Shown here: piece after piece, positions 32,007 through 43,834 of the stretch
How the letters are laid out: every line of letters starts with the position of its first letter
How positions within the stretch are numbered: position 1 is the stretch's first letter
Source: Gammaproteobacteria bacterium
GTDB lineage: Bacteria > Pseudomonadota > Gammaproteobacteria > UBA4575
Length of the DNA stretch: 64,000 nucleotides
Assembly: GCA_965243395.1 (NCBI GenBank)
Contig: CBDEUS010000002.1
Location: forward strand, 910,491-974,490
Direction: 5' to 3'
Program-made: the position numbers and the translations under genes
The notes under the pieces: generated by a model
Database searches by the model: none
What the model was told of the DNA's origin: nothing
Seen by the model: only the letters and a program-made list of their open reading frames with translations

Positions 32007-33521
32007 ATGCAAAAGATTAGCTGGCCTTTGGATAAGTTGCTAAAGGGCTATGTAACCTTGCAAGAACATTATTCTGCTATTTCTGTGAATGGTTTAAGCG
32101 TAGATAGTCGTACTACTTCTTCGGGTGAATTATTTTTCGCATTGCAAGGTTTGCAACAGCATGGTTTGCAGTATAGCCAACAAGCTGTCGATAAAGGTGC
32201 AGCGGCAATGGTATGGGAGTCAAGCCCAAAAGTCTCAAAACAAGATTTGCCTGAGCATATTGTTTGCATCGAAATAGCAGATTTACAAAACAAGCTTGGA
32301 TTGATCAGTCAACGTTTTTATGACGATTGTTCATTACATATGCATGTAATTGGCGTCACAGGAACTGATGGCAAAACATCAGTAAGTCAATTTATTGCAC
32401 AAGCATTGCAAAACTTAAAACTTTCTTGTGGTGTGATTGGCACACTTGGTTATGGTGTTTATCCAAAATATAACGATGCTAGCCATACAACTCCTGATGT
32501 AATAAAAACTCATAGCTTGTTACATAATTATTATATAAATAATGTGAAACATGCAGTGATCGAAGCATCTTCACATGGATTAACTCAAGGAAGACTTGTA
32601 GGAGTAAATTTTAATACCGCAGTTTTTACAAATTTAGGGCGTGACCATATGGATTATCACGACTCTATGGAAGATTATGAAAATGCTAAGCGAAAACTTT
32701 TTCAAAGTAAGAATCTAGAAAACGCAGTAATTAATGTTGATGATGACTTTGGTCTTCGGTTAGCCAATGAGTTTTCCGATAAACTCAATGTGGTTACATA
32801 TTCAATACAAGCAGATTCAGCGCAATCAGATTCTTTTATTAAAGCGGTCAATATTAAGTATGCACAAGATAATACAAGCTTTGAAATTATTTCTAGCTGG
32901 GGAGAAGCAAAGCTTACGACTCAATTAGTCGGGAATTTTAATGTTAGCAATTTGTTAGCAGTGCTGGGAGTTTTATTAGTAAAAGGTGTTTTATTCGCTG
33001 ACGCAATTCGAGCTGTTGAATCTATGAAGACGGTTGCGGGTCGCTTGGAATTCATTACAGACAGTAAAGCTTCGTCTAAATTAAATCCCTGCGTTGTTAT
33101 AGATTATGCACATACACCGCAAGCACTTGCGAACGTCTTAAGAGTATTGCGTGATCAGTGTGCTGGTAAGCTTTGGTGTGTATTTGGGTGTGGGGGTAAC
33201 CGTGATCAGGGTAAGCGAACACTCATGGCCGAAGCGGTAGAGCGTTATGCAGACGTAGCTGTGCTGACTGATGATAATCCGCGATTTGAAGACCCGAAAG
33301 CAATTACCAGTGAAGTGCAGCAAGGGTTTTCTGAATCATACTCATATTCACTAATACACGATCGCCGCGATGCAATATCTTATGCTATTCAACATGCAAG
33401 TCACGAAGATATTGTGCTCATTGCAGGCAAAGGGCATGAAGCAGTACAAATTATAAAAGGCAAGCAATTTCCATTTGATGATAAAAAAATTGCCCATGAG
33501 GTGTTACAGCAAAGCTCATGA
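32007..33521 (+). CDS. murE: UDP-N-acetylmuramoyl-L-alanyl-D-glutamate--2,6-diaminopimelate ligase
   Basis: The 504-aa Mur ligase has a P-loop (GTDGKTS) and occupies the expected position in the dcw cluster. Confidence 0.9.
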   Translation: MQKISWPLDKLLKGYVTLQEHYSAISVNGLSVDSRTTSSGELFFALQGLQQHGLQYSQQAVDKGAAAMVWESSPKVSKQDLPEHIVCIEIADLQNKLGLISQRFYDDCSLHMHVIGVTGTDGKTSVSQFIAQALQNLKLSCGVIGTLGYGVYPKYNDASHTTPDVIKTHSLLHNYYINNVKHAVIEASSHGLTQGRLVGVNFNTAVFTNLGRDHMDYHDSMEDYENAKRKLFQSKNLENAVINVDDDFGLRLANEFSDKLNVVTYSIQADSAQSDSFIKAVNIKYAQDNTSFEIISSWGEAKLTTQLVGNFNVSNLLAVLGVLLVKGVLFADAIRAVESMKTVAGRLEFITDSKASSKLNPCVVIDYAHTPQALANVLRVLRDQCAGKLWCVFGCGGNRDQGKRTLMAEAVERYADVAVLTDDNPRFEDPKAITSEVQQGFSESYSYSLIHDRRDAISYAIQHASHEDIVLIAGKGHEAVQIIKGKQFPFDDKKIAHEVLQQSS

Positions 33522-34921
33522 AATTATCATTAAAAGAAATTGCCGAAATTGCTCATGGTCAGCTCATTGGCGCCGATTTACAAATCGATGGCTTGTCTAC
33601 AGACACACGTAGTGTAAAAAATGAAGAACTCTTTGTTGCTTTAGTAGGTCAGGTATTTGATCCGCATGAGTTAATTGAGCGCAATAAATCAGTCAAAGCC
33701 GCGGCTGTTCTTGTGCAGCGTGAAGTTAATACAGATATTCCTCAGATAATTGTTGAAGACACGTATCAAGCGTTACAGGATCTTGCTTTAGCATGGCGTG
33801 AACGTTTTAACTTACCTGTTGTTGGTGTTACAGGTTCAAACGGTAAAACATCAGTTAAAGAACTCATAAAAAATATTTTAAGCACCCAAGGAGAAATTTT
33901 AGCTACTGTAGGAAATTTAAATAACCACATTGGTGTGCCACTCACTTTAAGCAAATTAAATGATAAACACTGTTTTGCTGTTATCGAGATGGGCGCGAAC
34001 CATGCTGGTGAAATTGCAACATTGGCTAAGCTCGCACAGCCAAATATTGGCGTGATTACAAATATCGGTCCTGCTCATTTAGAGGGGTTTGGGTCTATTG
34101 AAGGTGTGGCGCGTGCTAAGGCTGAACTATATGCAAATTTAAATCCAAATGGTGTTGCAGTGGTCAATGCGGATGATTCATTTCGGGAATCATGGGCAGA
34201 TGAAATAGGTGATCGTATGCAAATAAGTTTTGGAGCCGAAAAAAAAGCAGATGTTAGCGGAAAATTTGTTGCAGATGACTTAATTGAAATTTCTACCCCA
34301 ATAGGTGAAATACGAATAAAACCTCAAATAACGGGTGCGCATGCATTGCTGAATATATTAGCTGCCACCGCAGTAGGTTTAGCCATAGGGATTGATTTAG
34401 ATGATATCAAATCAGGTATAGAAGCCACACAAGCAGTACAAGGTCGTTTAACAAAGATTGAGGGTTTAACTGGTGCGACTATTTTAGATGATAGCTATAA
34501 CGCTAACCCGGCATCATTAGCAGCAGCTTTAGATGTACAAGCTAAAGAGTCAGGCGAGCATTGGTTGGTATTAGGGGATATGGGTGAATTGGGGGATGAA
34601 AGTGAATTTATGCATCAGAAAGCGGGTGAAATTGCCAAACAATTTGGAGTGACACGTTTATTTGCCTACGGGGATCATACTAAACATAGTGTTAAGACAT
34701 TTGGGAAAGGCGCCAAACACTTTTCCAGTCATGCTGAAATTGTAACTGAATTACAAGCTGAAATAACAAAAGATGTTTGCGTGCTTGTAAAAGGTTCGCG
34801 TGCCATGCAAATGGAAAAAATTGTTACTGGAATTAAAAGTAATAAAGCGTCTGGAAATAAAAAGTTAAACGGAAAAGCAAACGGTCAAAGCAACTTGGAG
34901 CATAAAGAACATGCTGCTTAG
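33518..34921 (+). CDS. murF: UDP-N-acetylmuramoyl-tripeptide--D-alanyl-D-alanine ligase
   Basis: The 467-aa Mur ligase has a P-loop (GSNGKTS). Confidence 0.9.
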   Translation: MKLSLKEIAEIAHGQLIGADLQIDGLSTDTRSVKNEELFVALVGQVFDPHELIERNKSVKAAAVLVQREVNTDIPQIIVEDTYQALQDLALAWRERFNLPVVGVTGSNGKTSVKELIKNILSTQGEILATVGNLNNHIGVPLTLSKLNDKHCFAVIEMGANHAGEIATLAKLAQPNIGVITNIGPAHLEGFGSIEGVARAKAELYANLNPNGVAVVNADDSFRESWADEIGDRMQISFGAEKKADVSGKFVADDLIEISTPIGEIRIKPQITGAHALLNILAATAVGLAIGIDLDDIKSGIEATQAVQGRLTKIEGLTGATILDDSYNANPASLAAALDVQAKESGEHWLVLGDMGELGDESEFMHQKAGEIAKQFGVTRLFAYGDHTKHSVKTFGKGAKHFSSHAEIVTELQAEITKDVCVLVKGSRAMQMEKIVTGIKSNKASGNKKLNGKANGQSNLEHKEHAA

Positions 34922-35993
34922 CTTATTTGAGTATTTAGAACAGTATCATTCTGGATTTAATGTATTTCAGTATTTAACTCTTCGCTCTATTTTGGGTGTA
35001 TTAACTGCACTAACTATCTGTTTCCTCACTGGACCAATAATGATTCGTAAGTTGACTACTTATAGTGTGAATCAAAATGTAAGAGATGATGGACCGCAAA
35101 CACACTTGGCAAAGGCAGGCACTCCAACTATGGGGGGCGCTTTTCTTTTAGTATCTATCTTAGTTAGCGCACTTCTATGGAGTGATTTAACTAACCGTTA
35201 TGTGTGGTTTGTAATCGCAACAACTTTCTTATTTGGTTTAGTTGGAGCGGTAGATGACATAAAAAAGTTGCTTAGCCGATCAAGCAAGGGGTTGTCGGCA
35301 AAGAGCAAATATTTTTGGCAGTCTGTAATTGGTTTAGGTGCTGCATTTTTTATTTTTAGTCTTGCCACATTGTCACAAGAAACGAGTTTATATGTTCCGT
35401 TTTTCAAGAATGTAATCATTCCATTAGGTATTTGGTTCATCCCGCTTACGTATTTTGTAATTGTGGGGTCAAGTAACGCAGTAAATTTCACGGACGGCCT
35501 GGACGGGCTTGCCATTATGCCGGTTGTAATGGTTACAGGTGCGCTGGGTGTGTTTGCATATCTTAGTGGCAACATTAATTTCTCAAATTATCTGGGAATT
35601 CAACATTTACCACTCAGTGGTGAACTAGTGGTGTTTTGTGGTGCGGTAGTCGGCGCCGGCTTGGGATTTCTTTGGTTCAATGCGTATCCCGCACAAGTAT
35701 TCATGGGAGATGTGGGTGCACTTGCATTAGGTGCTGCGGTAGGGGTATTGGCTGTTTTGGTTCGGCAGGAAATTGTTCTTGTGATAATGGGTGGAGTTTT
35801 CGTATTAGAAACTGTTTCAGTCATCATGCAAGTAGTCTCTTTTAAGCTCACTGGCAAACGAATTTTTCAAATGGCGCCACTACATCATCATTTTGAATTA
35901 AAAGGTTGGCCAGAACCAAGAGTGATTGTGCGATTTTGGATCATTACTTTTATATTGGTTTTAGTTGGTTTGGCCACTCTGAAACTCAGATAG
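34911..35993 (+). CDS. mraY: phospho-N-acetylmuramoyl-pentapeptide transferase
   Basis: The 360-aa polytopic membrane protein matches the MraY family. Confidence 0.95.
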   Translation: MLLSLFEYLEQYHSGFNVFQYLTLRSILGVLTALTICFLTGPIMIRKLTTYSVNQNVRDDGPQTHLAKAGTPTMGGAFLLVSILVSALLWSDLTNRYVWFVIATTFLFGLVGAVDDIKKLLSRSSKGLSAKSKYFWQSVIGLGAAFFIFSLATLSQETSLYVPFFKNVIIPLGIWFIPLTYFVIVGSSNAVNFTDGLDGLAIMPVVMVTGALGVFAYLSGNINFSNYLGIQHLPLSGELVVFCGAVVGAGLGFLWFNAYPAQVFMGDVGALALGAAVGVLAVLVRQEIVLVIMGGVFVLETVSVIMQVVSFKLTGKRIFQMAPLHHHFELKGWPEPRVIVRFWIITFILVLVGLATLKLR

Positions 35994-36009
35994 CAAATAG
36001 ATTATTGGA

Positions 36010-37359
36010 ATGGGATTAGCATTGAAAAAAGAATCAATCAATCAGCAAACTGTTGTGATTGGTCTGGGAGAGACAGGAATATCTGTTGCTAATTACTTAA
36101 GTAAACAGGGCATTGATTTCAAAGTGTTTGACACAAGATCCAATCCACCACAATTAACTATATTCAAACAAAAATATCCTAGTGTTGAAATACAGTTAGG
36201 AGAATTTTCTGTAAAAGATTTTCAGGACGCGCAACAAATTATTGCAAGCCCGGGCATTGATATTAATCAAACTGAAATACGTGAAGCTATTATTCAGAAT
36301 GATTGTGAGTGTATAGGGGATATTGAATTGTTTGCGCGAGGTGTAAACAAACCTGTAGTGGCTATTACGGGCTCAAATGGTAAGAGCACAGTAACCAGCT
36401 TGGTGGCTGAAATGGCCAATACAGCAGGCGTAAAGGCTTATGCGGGTGGGAATTTATCTCCACCGGCACTAAGTTTGCTAGAAAATGATGATGCAGAATT
36501 ATTTGTTTTAGAACTTTCTAGTTTTCAGCTTGAGTCTACCTATTCACTAAAACCTACTGTAAGTGCTGTACTGAATGTCTCCCCTGATCATTTAGATCGT
36601 CATGGAGATATAGATAATTATGCTCGAATTAAAGAGCGTATTTATACAAATGCGGTATCAAGCATTATTAATATCGATGATAGTTTTGTGGCTAACATGA
36701 AAACCTCAGGGCAAGTTGTTTCATTTAGTTCACAACAGCCTGAAGATGATGAATTTGGGGTTATACAGCAAGAAGATTTACTATATTTAGCATTCGGAAA
36801 TAATGCCTTATTACCTGTTAGTGAATTAGCATTGCGTGGTGAGGCTGGTATTTTAAATTCACTTGCAGCTTTAGCTATTGGGCAAGCATTAAAGTTACCA
36901 ATGCAAAAAATGCTAGAGACTTTAAAAACATTTAAAGGTTTGCCTCATCGTTTAGCTTTAGTGGCAGAATTGAATGGTGTTTCTTGGTTCAATGATTCTA
37001 AGGGAACCAATATAGGCGCTACAGTAAGCTCATTGCGTAGTTTAGAGAATAATATAATTTTAATTGCTGGAGGTATTTTTAAGGGCGGTGATCTCGAATT
37101 TCTCACTCATGCAATTAAACAACATGCGAAACATGTGATTTTAATTGGTCAAGCATCAAAATTATTCCAACAAGCGCTAAAAAATTCTATCGAAGTTTCA
37201 TATGCTGATTCTATGCAACATGCAGTGGGAATCGCTCAGCAGATCGCAGTTGAATGTGACAAAGTTTTACTATCGCCTGCCTGTGCAAGTTTTGATATGT
37301 ATTCAAATTATATTGAACGGGGTAAGGATTTTGAGAATTGTGTTCGAGAGGTGTTGTAA
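36010..37359 (+). CDS. murD: UDP-N-acetylmuramoylalanine--D-glutamate ligase
   Basis: The 449-aa Mur ligase has a P-loop (GSNGKST). Confidence 0.9.
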   Translation: MGLALKKESINQQTVVIGLGETGISVANYLSKQGIDFKVFDTRSNPPQLTIFKQKYPSVEIQLGEFSVKDFQDAQQIIASPGIDINQTEIREAIIQNDCECIGDIELFARGVNKPVVAITGSNGKSTVTSLVAEMANTAGVKAYAGGNLSPPALSLLENDDAELFVLELSSFQLESTYSLKPTVSAVLNVSPDHLDRHGDIDNYARIKERIYTNAVSSIINIDDSFVANMKTSGQVVSFSSQQPEDDEFGVIQQEDLLYLAFGNNALLPVSELALRGEAGILNSLAALAIGQALKLPMQKMLETLKTFKGLPHRLALVAELNGVSWFNDSKGTNIGATVSSLRSLENNIILIAGGIFKGGDLEFLTHAIKQHAKHVILIGQASKLFQQALKNSIEVSYADSMQHAVGIAQQIAVECDKVLLSPACASFDMYSNYIERGKDFENCVREVL

Positions 37360-37361
37360 GT

Positions 37362-38525
37362 ATGTCAAAACAAGCAGCACGTAATAAATCTACTAGTTTG
37401 GAAATTACGCTGGAGAAATATTGCGACCCTAATCTGATGTTCGCAGTTGTCATGTTGTTAGGTATTGGTTTAGTAATGGTTGCCTCGTCCTCAATTGAAA
37501 TTGCAGATCGTGCTACAGGTGATCCTCTTTATTATTTTAAGCGTCAATTTGTATTTGCCTTAATGGGAATTTCAGCAGGCTATGTACTTACTAAAATTCG
37601 CTTAGCACATTGGGAAAGTTCTGGAATGGCTATTTTGTTACTAATGATAGTTCTACTGTCATTAGTATTGATTCCGGGCCTAGGAAGGACCGTAAATGGT
37701 AGTACTAGATGGCTAGCGCTTGGGCCATTTGGTTTACAGGTGTCTGAAGCCGTTAAGCTTCTTTTGATAATTTATCTTGCAGGTTATGTAGTTAGACAAG
37801 GAAAACAAATTCGCGAATCATTCATTGGGTTTATTAAACCTATGATGATTTTAGTCGTGTTGTTCACCTTGTTGTTATTAGAACCAGACTTTGGAGCAGC
37901 TTTGGTATTACTCATTACAGCATTAGGAATGCTTTATCTTGCAGGTGTAAAATTTTGGAAATTTGGTTTGTTACTTATGGCATCAGCTATTTCTATGGTG
38001 TTTGTAGCAATTTCTTCTCCTTATCGCGTTGAGCGATTCACTGCTTTTCTCAATCCATGGTCCGATCCTTTTGGTACCGGGTTCCAACTGACTCAATCAT
38101 TAATTGCCATAGGTAGTGGCGCTTGGACAGGTTTAGGACTAGGTGCAAGCGTACAAAAGTTATTTTATTTACCTGAAGCGCATACCGACTTTGTATTTGC
38201 CGTGATTGCAGAAGAGTTGGGTCTAGTTGGTGCAACGGCGGTGATTGGATTATATATTTTATTAATTTATCGATGTTTTGTTATAGGCAAAATGGTTGAG
38301 AAGAAAGGTATGAAATTTGGTGCTCAAATAGCTTACGGCATTGGTATATGGTTAGGATTGCAAGCTTTTATCAATATTGGTGTAAATACAGGTGTGTTGC
38401 CGACAAAGGGACTTACGTTGCCATTTATAAGTGCAGGAGGAAGTAGCTTGTTAGTAGTTTGTATGGCAATTGGACTCATTACTCGCGTATATACGGAGGG
38501 ATTAGCTAAAGCACCCCATCGATGA
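37362..38525 (+). CDS. ftsW: peptidoglycan glycosyltransferase FtsW (SEDS family)
   Basis: It is a polytopic SEDS-family membrane protein. The start is chosen at the Met just after the murD stop. The ORF-track start at 37338 would overlap murD. Confidence 0.9.
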   Translation: MSKQAARNKSTSLEITLEKYCDPNLMFAVVMLLGIGLVMVASSSIEIADRATGDPLYYFKRQFVFALMGISAGYVLTKIRLAHWESSGMAILLLMIVLLSLVLIPGLGRTVNGSTRWLALGPFGLQVSEAVKLLLIIYLAGYVVRQGKQIRESFIGFIKPMMILVVLFTLLLLEPDFGAALVLLITALGMLYLAGVKFWKFGLLLMASAISMVFVAISSPYRVERFTAFLNPWSDPFGTGFQLTQSLIAIGSGAWTGLGLGASVQKLFYLPEAHTDFVFAVIAEELGLVGATAVIGLYILLIYRCFVIGKMVEKKGMKFGAQIAYGIGIWLGLQAFINIGVNTGVLPTKGLTLPFISAGGSSLLVVCMAIGLITRVYTEGLAKAPHR

Positions 38526-38531
38526 TGGTGT

Positions 38532-39686
38532 TTGGGTGATTTAAATATGGCTATGAGAAATTCACGTTCACCAATAATGATTTTTGCAGGTGGCACTGGC
38601 GGACACGTATTCCCTGCATTAGCGGTAGCGAAACAAATAGAACAACATTCTGTGCCAGTAGTGTGGGTTGGTACAAAACGTGGAATTGAATCAAAAATTG
38701 TGCCTGATGCAGGTTATAAAATTGAGTGGATCTCAGTAAATGGTTTGCGCGGCAAGAACATAGCAACTCTAGTTTTAGCGCCTTTTAAATTACTACTAGC
38801 GAGTACACAAGTAACCTGGTTACTCATAAAACATCGCCCTTGTGCAGTTCTTGGTATGGGGGGATTTGTTGCTGGTCCTGGTGGGTTGATTGCTGCTTTA
38901 TTTCGGAAACCCCTTATTATTCATGAACAGAATGCTATTGCTGGATTAACCAATCGGTTACTCGCACCTTTTGCAAAGCGAATACTTACAGGTTTTCCTA
39001 GCACTTTTGTTCGTAAAAACGTTGAAGTATTAGGTAACCCTGTCAGATCGGAAATTTCAAATATTAAGAGGCAATATGAGATTGCCGCTCCAGACAGTCG
39101 GCCTCTTCGCATTCTTGTTGTAGGTGGCAGCCTAGGTGCACAAGCGTTAAATGAGACTGTGCCACGGGCGATGGTTCAAGTGCTGCAAAATGTTGCGAGC
39201 GAAATGCATCCGGAAATTTGGCATCAAACAGGAGAACATAAACATCAGTTTGCCCAAGAACAATATGCATCAAATCATCTAAAAGCACGCGTAGATGTAT
39301 TTATCGAAAATATGCAAGACGCATATGGGTGGGCGGACTTAGTGATTTGTCGTGCCGGTGCAATTACTGTGGCTGAATTAGCAGTTGCAGGTCTGGGCGC
39401 AATTTTTATTCCTTACCCGTATGCTGTGGACGATCATCAAACTGCAAATGCAACAGCGTTGGTAAACTCTGGGGCTGCAGTAATGATTAATGAAGATCAA
39501 TTAAATGCAGAAAGCCTCGCTGAACTATTAAATGACTTGTTGAATAACCGTGCCAAAATTAAAGCGTATGCTGATGCCGCAAGTGCATTTGCTAAACCAC
39601 AAGCTGCTAAGGATGTGGCGAACGCTTGTCTTAATGCTTGTTTGGGTAAAGATAATGAAAATATTAATATGGTGAAAGATTACTAA
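38532..39686 (+). CDS. murG: undecaprenyldiphospho-muramoylpentapeptide beta-N-acetylglucosaminyltransferase
   Basis: The 384-aa ORF has the GGTGGH motif. The true start may be at an internal Met a few codons downstream. Confidence 0.9.
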   Translation: MGDLNMAMRNSRSPIMIFAGGTGGHVFPALAVAKQIEQHSVPVVWVGTKRGIESKIVPDAGYKIEWISVNGLRGKNIATLVLAPFKLLLASTQVTWLLIKHRPCAVLGMGGFVAGPGGLIAALFRKPLIIHEQNAIAGLTNRLLAPFAKRILTGFPSTFVRKNVEVLGNPVRSEISNIKRQYEIAAPDSRPLRILVVGGSLGAQALNETVPRAMVQVLQNVASEMHPEIWHQTGEHKHQFAQEQYASNHLKARVDVFIENMQDAYGWADLVICRAGAITVAELAVAGLGAIFIPYPYAVDDHQTANATALVNSGAAVMINEDQLNAESLAELLNDLLNNRAKIKAYADAASAFAKPQAAKDVANACLNACLGKDNENINMVKDY

Positions 39687-39688
39687 GC

Positions 39689-41107
39689 ATGACATTTAAT
39701 ATTGGACATTTTGCAACTCGCAGAATTAAACAAGTGCATTTTGTAGGTATTGGTGGTTCTGGTATGGGTGGTATTGCTGAAGTAATGGTGAATCTTGGTT
39801 ATAAAGTTTGCGGCTCTGATATTCAAGCAAACGTAATGACACAAAAGCTAAAAGAGTTAGGAGCTACAGTTTATTTTGAACATGCAGCAAATAATATAAA
39901 GGGTGCTGATGTAGTTGTGATGTCAAGTGCAGTCAAAGATGATAATCCCGAAATAATTGCTGCAAAAGAACAGCGTATTCCTATTGTTCCTCGTGCTGAA
40001 ATGTTAGCTGAGCTTATGCGATTTCGTTATGGCATTGCTATCGCTGGTACCCATGGTAAGACGACAACAACAAGTCTCGTAGCATCCATTTTGACTTCTG
40101 CAAATATGGATCCAACATTTATTGTTGGTGGACGCATAAATAGTTTTGCAAGCCATTCAAAGTTAGGCGCAGGTCAGTATCTAGTGGCGGAGGCCGATGA
40201 AAGTGATGCATCTTTTCTACATCTGCAGCCAATCATGTCGGTAGTTACCAATATAGATTCTGATCATCTCTCAGCTTATGACAGTGATTTTAATAAGCTA
40301 CAAGATACTTTTGTAGAGTTTATACATCATTTACCGTTTTATGGAATGACAGTTTTGTGTATTGATAATGAGACAATTCGAGAATTGTTGCCAAGAATAT
40401 CTCGGCCCTATCTGACTTATGGTTTTAGTGAGGATGCGGATTATCAAATTACTGATGTAGAAATGACAGGGACAAAAACAAATTTCAAATTAAAAAATCA
40501 TGAGAATAAATTATGCATCACATTAAAATTAAACCTTCCTGGATTACATAACGTATTAAATGCAGTAGCAGCTACTATTATTGCATTACAGTTAGACGTA
40601 CATGAAAAGTATATTCAACAAGCATTAGAAAATTTCCAGGGAATTGCAAGAAGGTTTCAGTTATATCCCGACATTAGTATTAATGGGGGAAAAATTAAAT
40701 TAGTAGATGACTATGGACATCATCCAACCGAATTAGCTGCAACCATACAAGCTGCAAGGGATGCCTTTCCAAAACAGCGATTAGTTGTTTTATTTCAGCC
40801 TCATCGTTATTCACGCACACGTGACTTATTTGATGATTTTGTGCGGGTATTAAATGAAGTTGATGCGCTCATACTGTGTGAAGTTTATGCAGCAAATGAA
40901 GATCCAATTGTGGGTGCTGACAGTGCCGCACTTTGCCGTGCTTTGCGAGCACGCGGCAAGTTAGATCCAATTTTAGTAAAGGATTTATCAGAAATTGAAA
41001 ATACGTTAGAGCATGTTATACATGATAATGATGTGCTACTAACTTTAGGCGCAGGTAATGTGGGTAGCATTGCTCCTGCATTACAAGAATCATTTGCAAT
41101 CCACTAA
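39689..41107 (+). CDS. murC: UDP-N-acetylmuramate--L-alanine ligase
   Basis: The 472-aa ORF has GIGGSGMGGIAE and a P-loop (GTHGKTTTT). Confidence 0.9.
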   Translation: MTFNIGHFATRRIKQVHFVGIGGSGMGGIAEVMVNLGYKVCGSDIQANVMTQKLKELGATVYFEHAANNIKGADVVVMSSAVKDDNPEIIAAKEQRIPIVPRAEMLAELMRFRYGIAIAGTHGKTTTTSLVASILTSANMDPTFIVGGRINSFASHSKLGAGQYLVAEADESDASFLHLQPIMSVVTNIDSDHLSAYDSDFNKLQDTFVEFIHHLPFYGMTVLCIDNETIRELLPRISRPYLTYGFSEDADYQITDVEMTGTKTNFKLKNHENKLCITLKLNLPGLHNVLNAVAATIIALQLDVHEKYIQQALENFQGIARRFQLYPDISINGGKIKLVDDYGHHPTELAATIQAARDAFPKQRLVVLFQPHRYSRTRDLFDDFVRVLNEVDALILCEVYAANEDPIVGADSAALCRALRARGKLDPILVKDLSEIENTLEHVIHDNDVLLTLGAGNVGSIAPALQESFAIH

Positions 41108-41109
41108 TT

Positions 41110-42033
41110 ATGAACGCGGCTAAGAAGAAAAACACACAAGCGGAAATGCAAGAATATTCTGTGAGAGGGCAGCTTGAAAAAAATGTTTCTTTGGCGCGTT
41201 TCACAAGTTGGAAGGTGGGTGGTTTAGCCGATATTCTGTTTCAACCAGCCGACCTTGAAGATTTGCAACAATATTTGAGTGCTTTAGATGCTTCATTACC
41301 CATTACTTGGTTAGGCAGAGGTACCAATGTGTTGATAAGGGACGGCGGTATTCGTGGTGTAGTGATCATTATGCATAGTTGCATGAACAAATTAGTGAAG
41401 GTTGGCGATAATTTAATTCGTGCTGAGGTGGGTGTGTCATGTGCAAAGTTAGCACGGGTTTCAGCAGAGTATGAACTGCAAGGCGCAGAATTTCTTGCGG
41501 GTATACCGGGAACCGTTGGGGGTGCGCTAGCCATGAATTCAGGCGCATATGGAAGTGAAACCTGGAGTCATGTTGTAGAAGTAGAAACATTAATGCGTAA
41601 CGGTGAATTGCAAAAGCGTAAAGCTGATGATTTTGATATTGGTTACCGTTCTGTTAAAGGATTACAGGATGAATGGTTTGTAGCCGCAACATTCAAGTTT
41701 AAACAAGGTGATGGAGCCATCGCCAAACAAACTATAAGAGAACTTTTAGATAAACGAAATACTGCACAGCCCGTTGGTGTGAATAGTTGTGGTTCTGTAT
41801 TTCGTAATCCTGATAACGATTTCGCTGCACGTTTAATTGAGTCATGTAATTTAAAGGGTTTGGAAGTGGGTGGCGCACAGATTTCTACTAAGCATGCCAA
41901 TTTCATTATTAATTCAGGTAACGCCAGTGCTAGCGATATTGAAAAACTTATTTTACAAGTACGAAATACTGTTGAAATGGAACAAGGAGTGTCATTGATC
42001 CCGGAAGTAAAAATCATTGGTGAGGCAGCATAA
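41110..42033 (+). CDS. murB: UDP-N-acetylenolpyruvoylglucosamine reductase
   Basis: The 307-aa FAD-binding protein matches the MurB family. Confidence 0.9.
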   Translation: MNAAKKKNTQAEMQEYSVRGQLEKNVSLARFTSWKVGGLADILFQPADLEDLQQYLSALDASLPITWLGRGTNVLIRDGGIRGVVIIMHSCMNKLVKVGDNLIRAEVGVSCAKLARVSAEYELQGAEFLAGIPGTVGGALAMNSGAYGSETWSHVVEVETLMRNGELQKRKADDFDIGYRSVKGLQDEWFVAATFKFKQGDGAIAKQTIRELLDKRNTAQPVGVNSCGSVFRNPDNDFAARLIESCNLKGLEVGGAQISTKHANFIINSGNASASDIEKLILQVRNTVEMEQGVSLIPEVKIIGEAA

Positions 42034-42998
42034 TGGTTGCGCAAGAAAATATTTGTAACTTTGGCAAAGTTGCAGTGTTAATGGGTGGGCCCTCTGCTGA
42101 GCGAGAAATTTCACTTAAAAGTGGGGCGGCTGTATTAAATGCCTTGCAAACGGAAAACGTACAAGTGGAAGCGATTGATGTTGATAGTGATATTTTCAAA
42201 AAATTATCTACGGGAAATTTTTCGCGTGTTTTTATAGCTCTACATGGTCCACTTGGTGAGGATGGTTGCATTCAAGGAGGGCTTGAGATGATGGGTTTAC
42301 CATATAGTGGTAGCGGTGTAATGGCCTCTAGCATTTGTATGAATAAGCTGATGACTAAACAGATCTGGCAGGGCTGCAACATCCCAACCCCCAAATACGA
42401 AGTATTGAGTGAAGATATTAGTGAAGATTATTTAATTTCCAAGCTCGGATTGCCGATGATATTCAAACCGGCATCCCAAGGTTCAAGTATTGGGATGACT
42501 AAAGTTAATGCAAAAAATGAAATTGCTGCTGCGTGGGCCGATGCTTGTAAGTATGAAGAAACGGTTATTGCTGAACAGTGGATTGCGGGTAAGGAGTATA
42601 CAGTTGCGATCTTAAATGGAAGGGCACTTCCAATTATTCGCTTAGAAACCCCGAATACTTTTTATGATTATGAAGCTAAATATCAAGCTAGCGATACTGA
42701 GTATCATTGTCCCTGTGGTTTGGATGAAGAAATAGAGAAAAAAATTCAATCTCTCGCACTTCAGGCATTTAACGTAACGGAGGCATCGGGTTGGGGTCGC
42801 GTAGATGTGATGTTAGATGATCAACAACAGCCATGGTTTTTGGAGGTCAACACTGTTCCTGGAATGACGGATCATAGCCTTGTTCCTATGGCAGCAAAAG
42901 CAGATGGCATAAGTTTTAATGAGTTAGTAATTAAAATATTACAAACATCTTTTAAAGAAGATTCTAAGTTAACTTCTGATTTGTGTATGACTGCATGA
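42033..42998 (+). CDS. ddl: D-alanine--D-alanine ligase
   Basis: The 321-aa ORF has an ATP-grasp fold. Confidence 0.9.
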   Translation: MVAQENICNFGKVAVLMGGPSAEREISLKSGAAVLNALQTENVQVEAIDVDSDIFKKLSTGNFSRVFIALHGPLGEDGCIQGGLEMMGLPYSGSGVMASSICMNKLMTKQIWQGCNIPTPKYEVLSEDISEDYLISKLGLPMIFKPASQGSSIGMTKVNAKNEIAAAWADACKYEETVIAEQWIAGKEYTVAILNGRALPIIRLETPNTFYDYEAKYQASDTEYHCPCGLDEEIEKKIQSLALQAFNVTEASGWGRVDVMLDDQQQPWFLEVNTVPGMTDHSLVPMAAKADGISFNELVIKILQTSFKEDSKLTSDLCMTA

Positions 42999-43834
42999 AA
43001 CGTAAGAAACAAGTAAGTCGAAGACGAAATACGGTCAGACGTAAAAAAATTACCGTGCAAGCATTTTCTATGCGCGATGTTTGGGATGTCGTTGTAGTGA
43101 TTATGTTATTAATTGTCATTGTGTACTTTTCTACTTATGTTCGAAATAATCAGCACTTTGTTGCAGCATGGCCTTTAATTGAACATGTAAATATTAGTGG
43201 CGAAGTTGATGCGGTTGACCTTCTGGCATTAAAAGCTATTATTCGCAACCACAGTGCAGGTGGATTTTTACACGTGCAAATGGATCAACTTGAAAAAGCA
43301 CTAGAAAAATTAACCTGGGTACATAAAGCATCTGTGCAACGATATTGGCCAGATACACTAAGTGTGAAAATTTTGCAGCATAGTCCTATTGCTCGTTGGG
43401 GCGACGAAGGACTTATGAATGCATATGGAGATTTATTTTTTCCGACTGATGTCAATGCATATCAACATTTGCCTATGCTTTATGGTGAAGAGGTTAGAGC
43501 GAAAGATTTGGCGCGTACATTTGAAAATAGTATGCAACAGTTAGAACCACTTGGTATGAAATTGCGTGGACTATTTGAGGATGAACGTCAATCTAAACAT
43601 TTAGTGTTGTCGGATGGGTTGGTGATATCGATTGGAGATGGAGAGGTTGCTAAAAAGATCGATAGATTTATTACAGCGTATGAGCAATATCTATCTACGA
43701 ACATTACAGAAGTCAAAAAAATCGACTTGAGATATACCAATGGTTTGGCGATTGAATGGAAAAGCCCTCAATTCGTTCATAACTTAAATCAAAATCCATA
43801 TTCAAATATTCATTCCTTGGAACCCAGTTTATGA
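42983..43834 (+). CDS. ftsQ: cell division protein FtsQ
   Basis: The 283-aa ORF has an N-terminal TM helix and a POTRA domain. It sits between ddl and ftsA. Confidence 0.85.
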   Translation: MYDCMKRKKQVSRRRNTVRRKKITVQAFSMRDVWDVVVVIMLLIVIVYFSTYVRNNQHFVAAWPLIEHVNISGEVDAVDLLALKAIIRNHSAGGFLHVQMDQLEKALEKLTWVHKASVQRYWPDTLSVKILQHSPIARWGDEGLMNAYGDLFFPTDVNAYQHLPMLYGEEVRAKDLARTFENSMQQLEPLGMKLRGLFEDERQSKHLVLSDGLVISIGDGEVAKKIDRFITAYEQYLSTNITEVKKIDLRYTNGLAIEWKSPQFVHNLNQNPYSNIHSLEPSL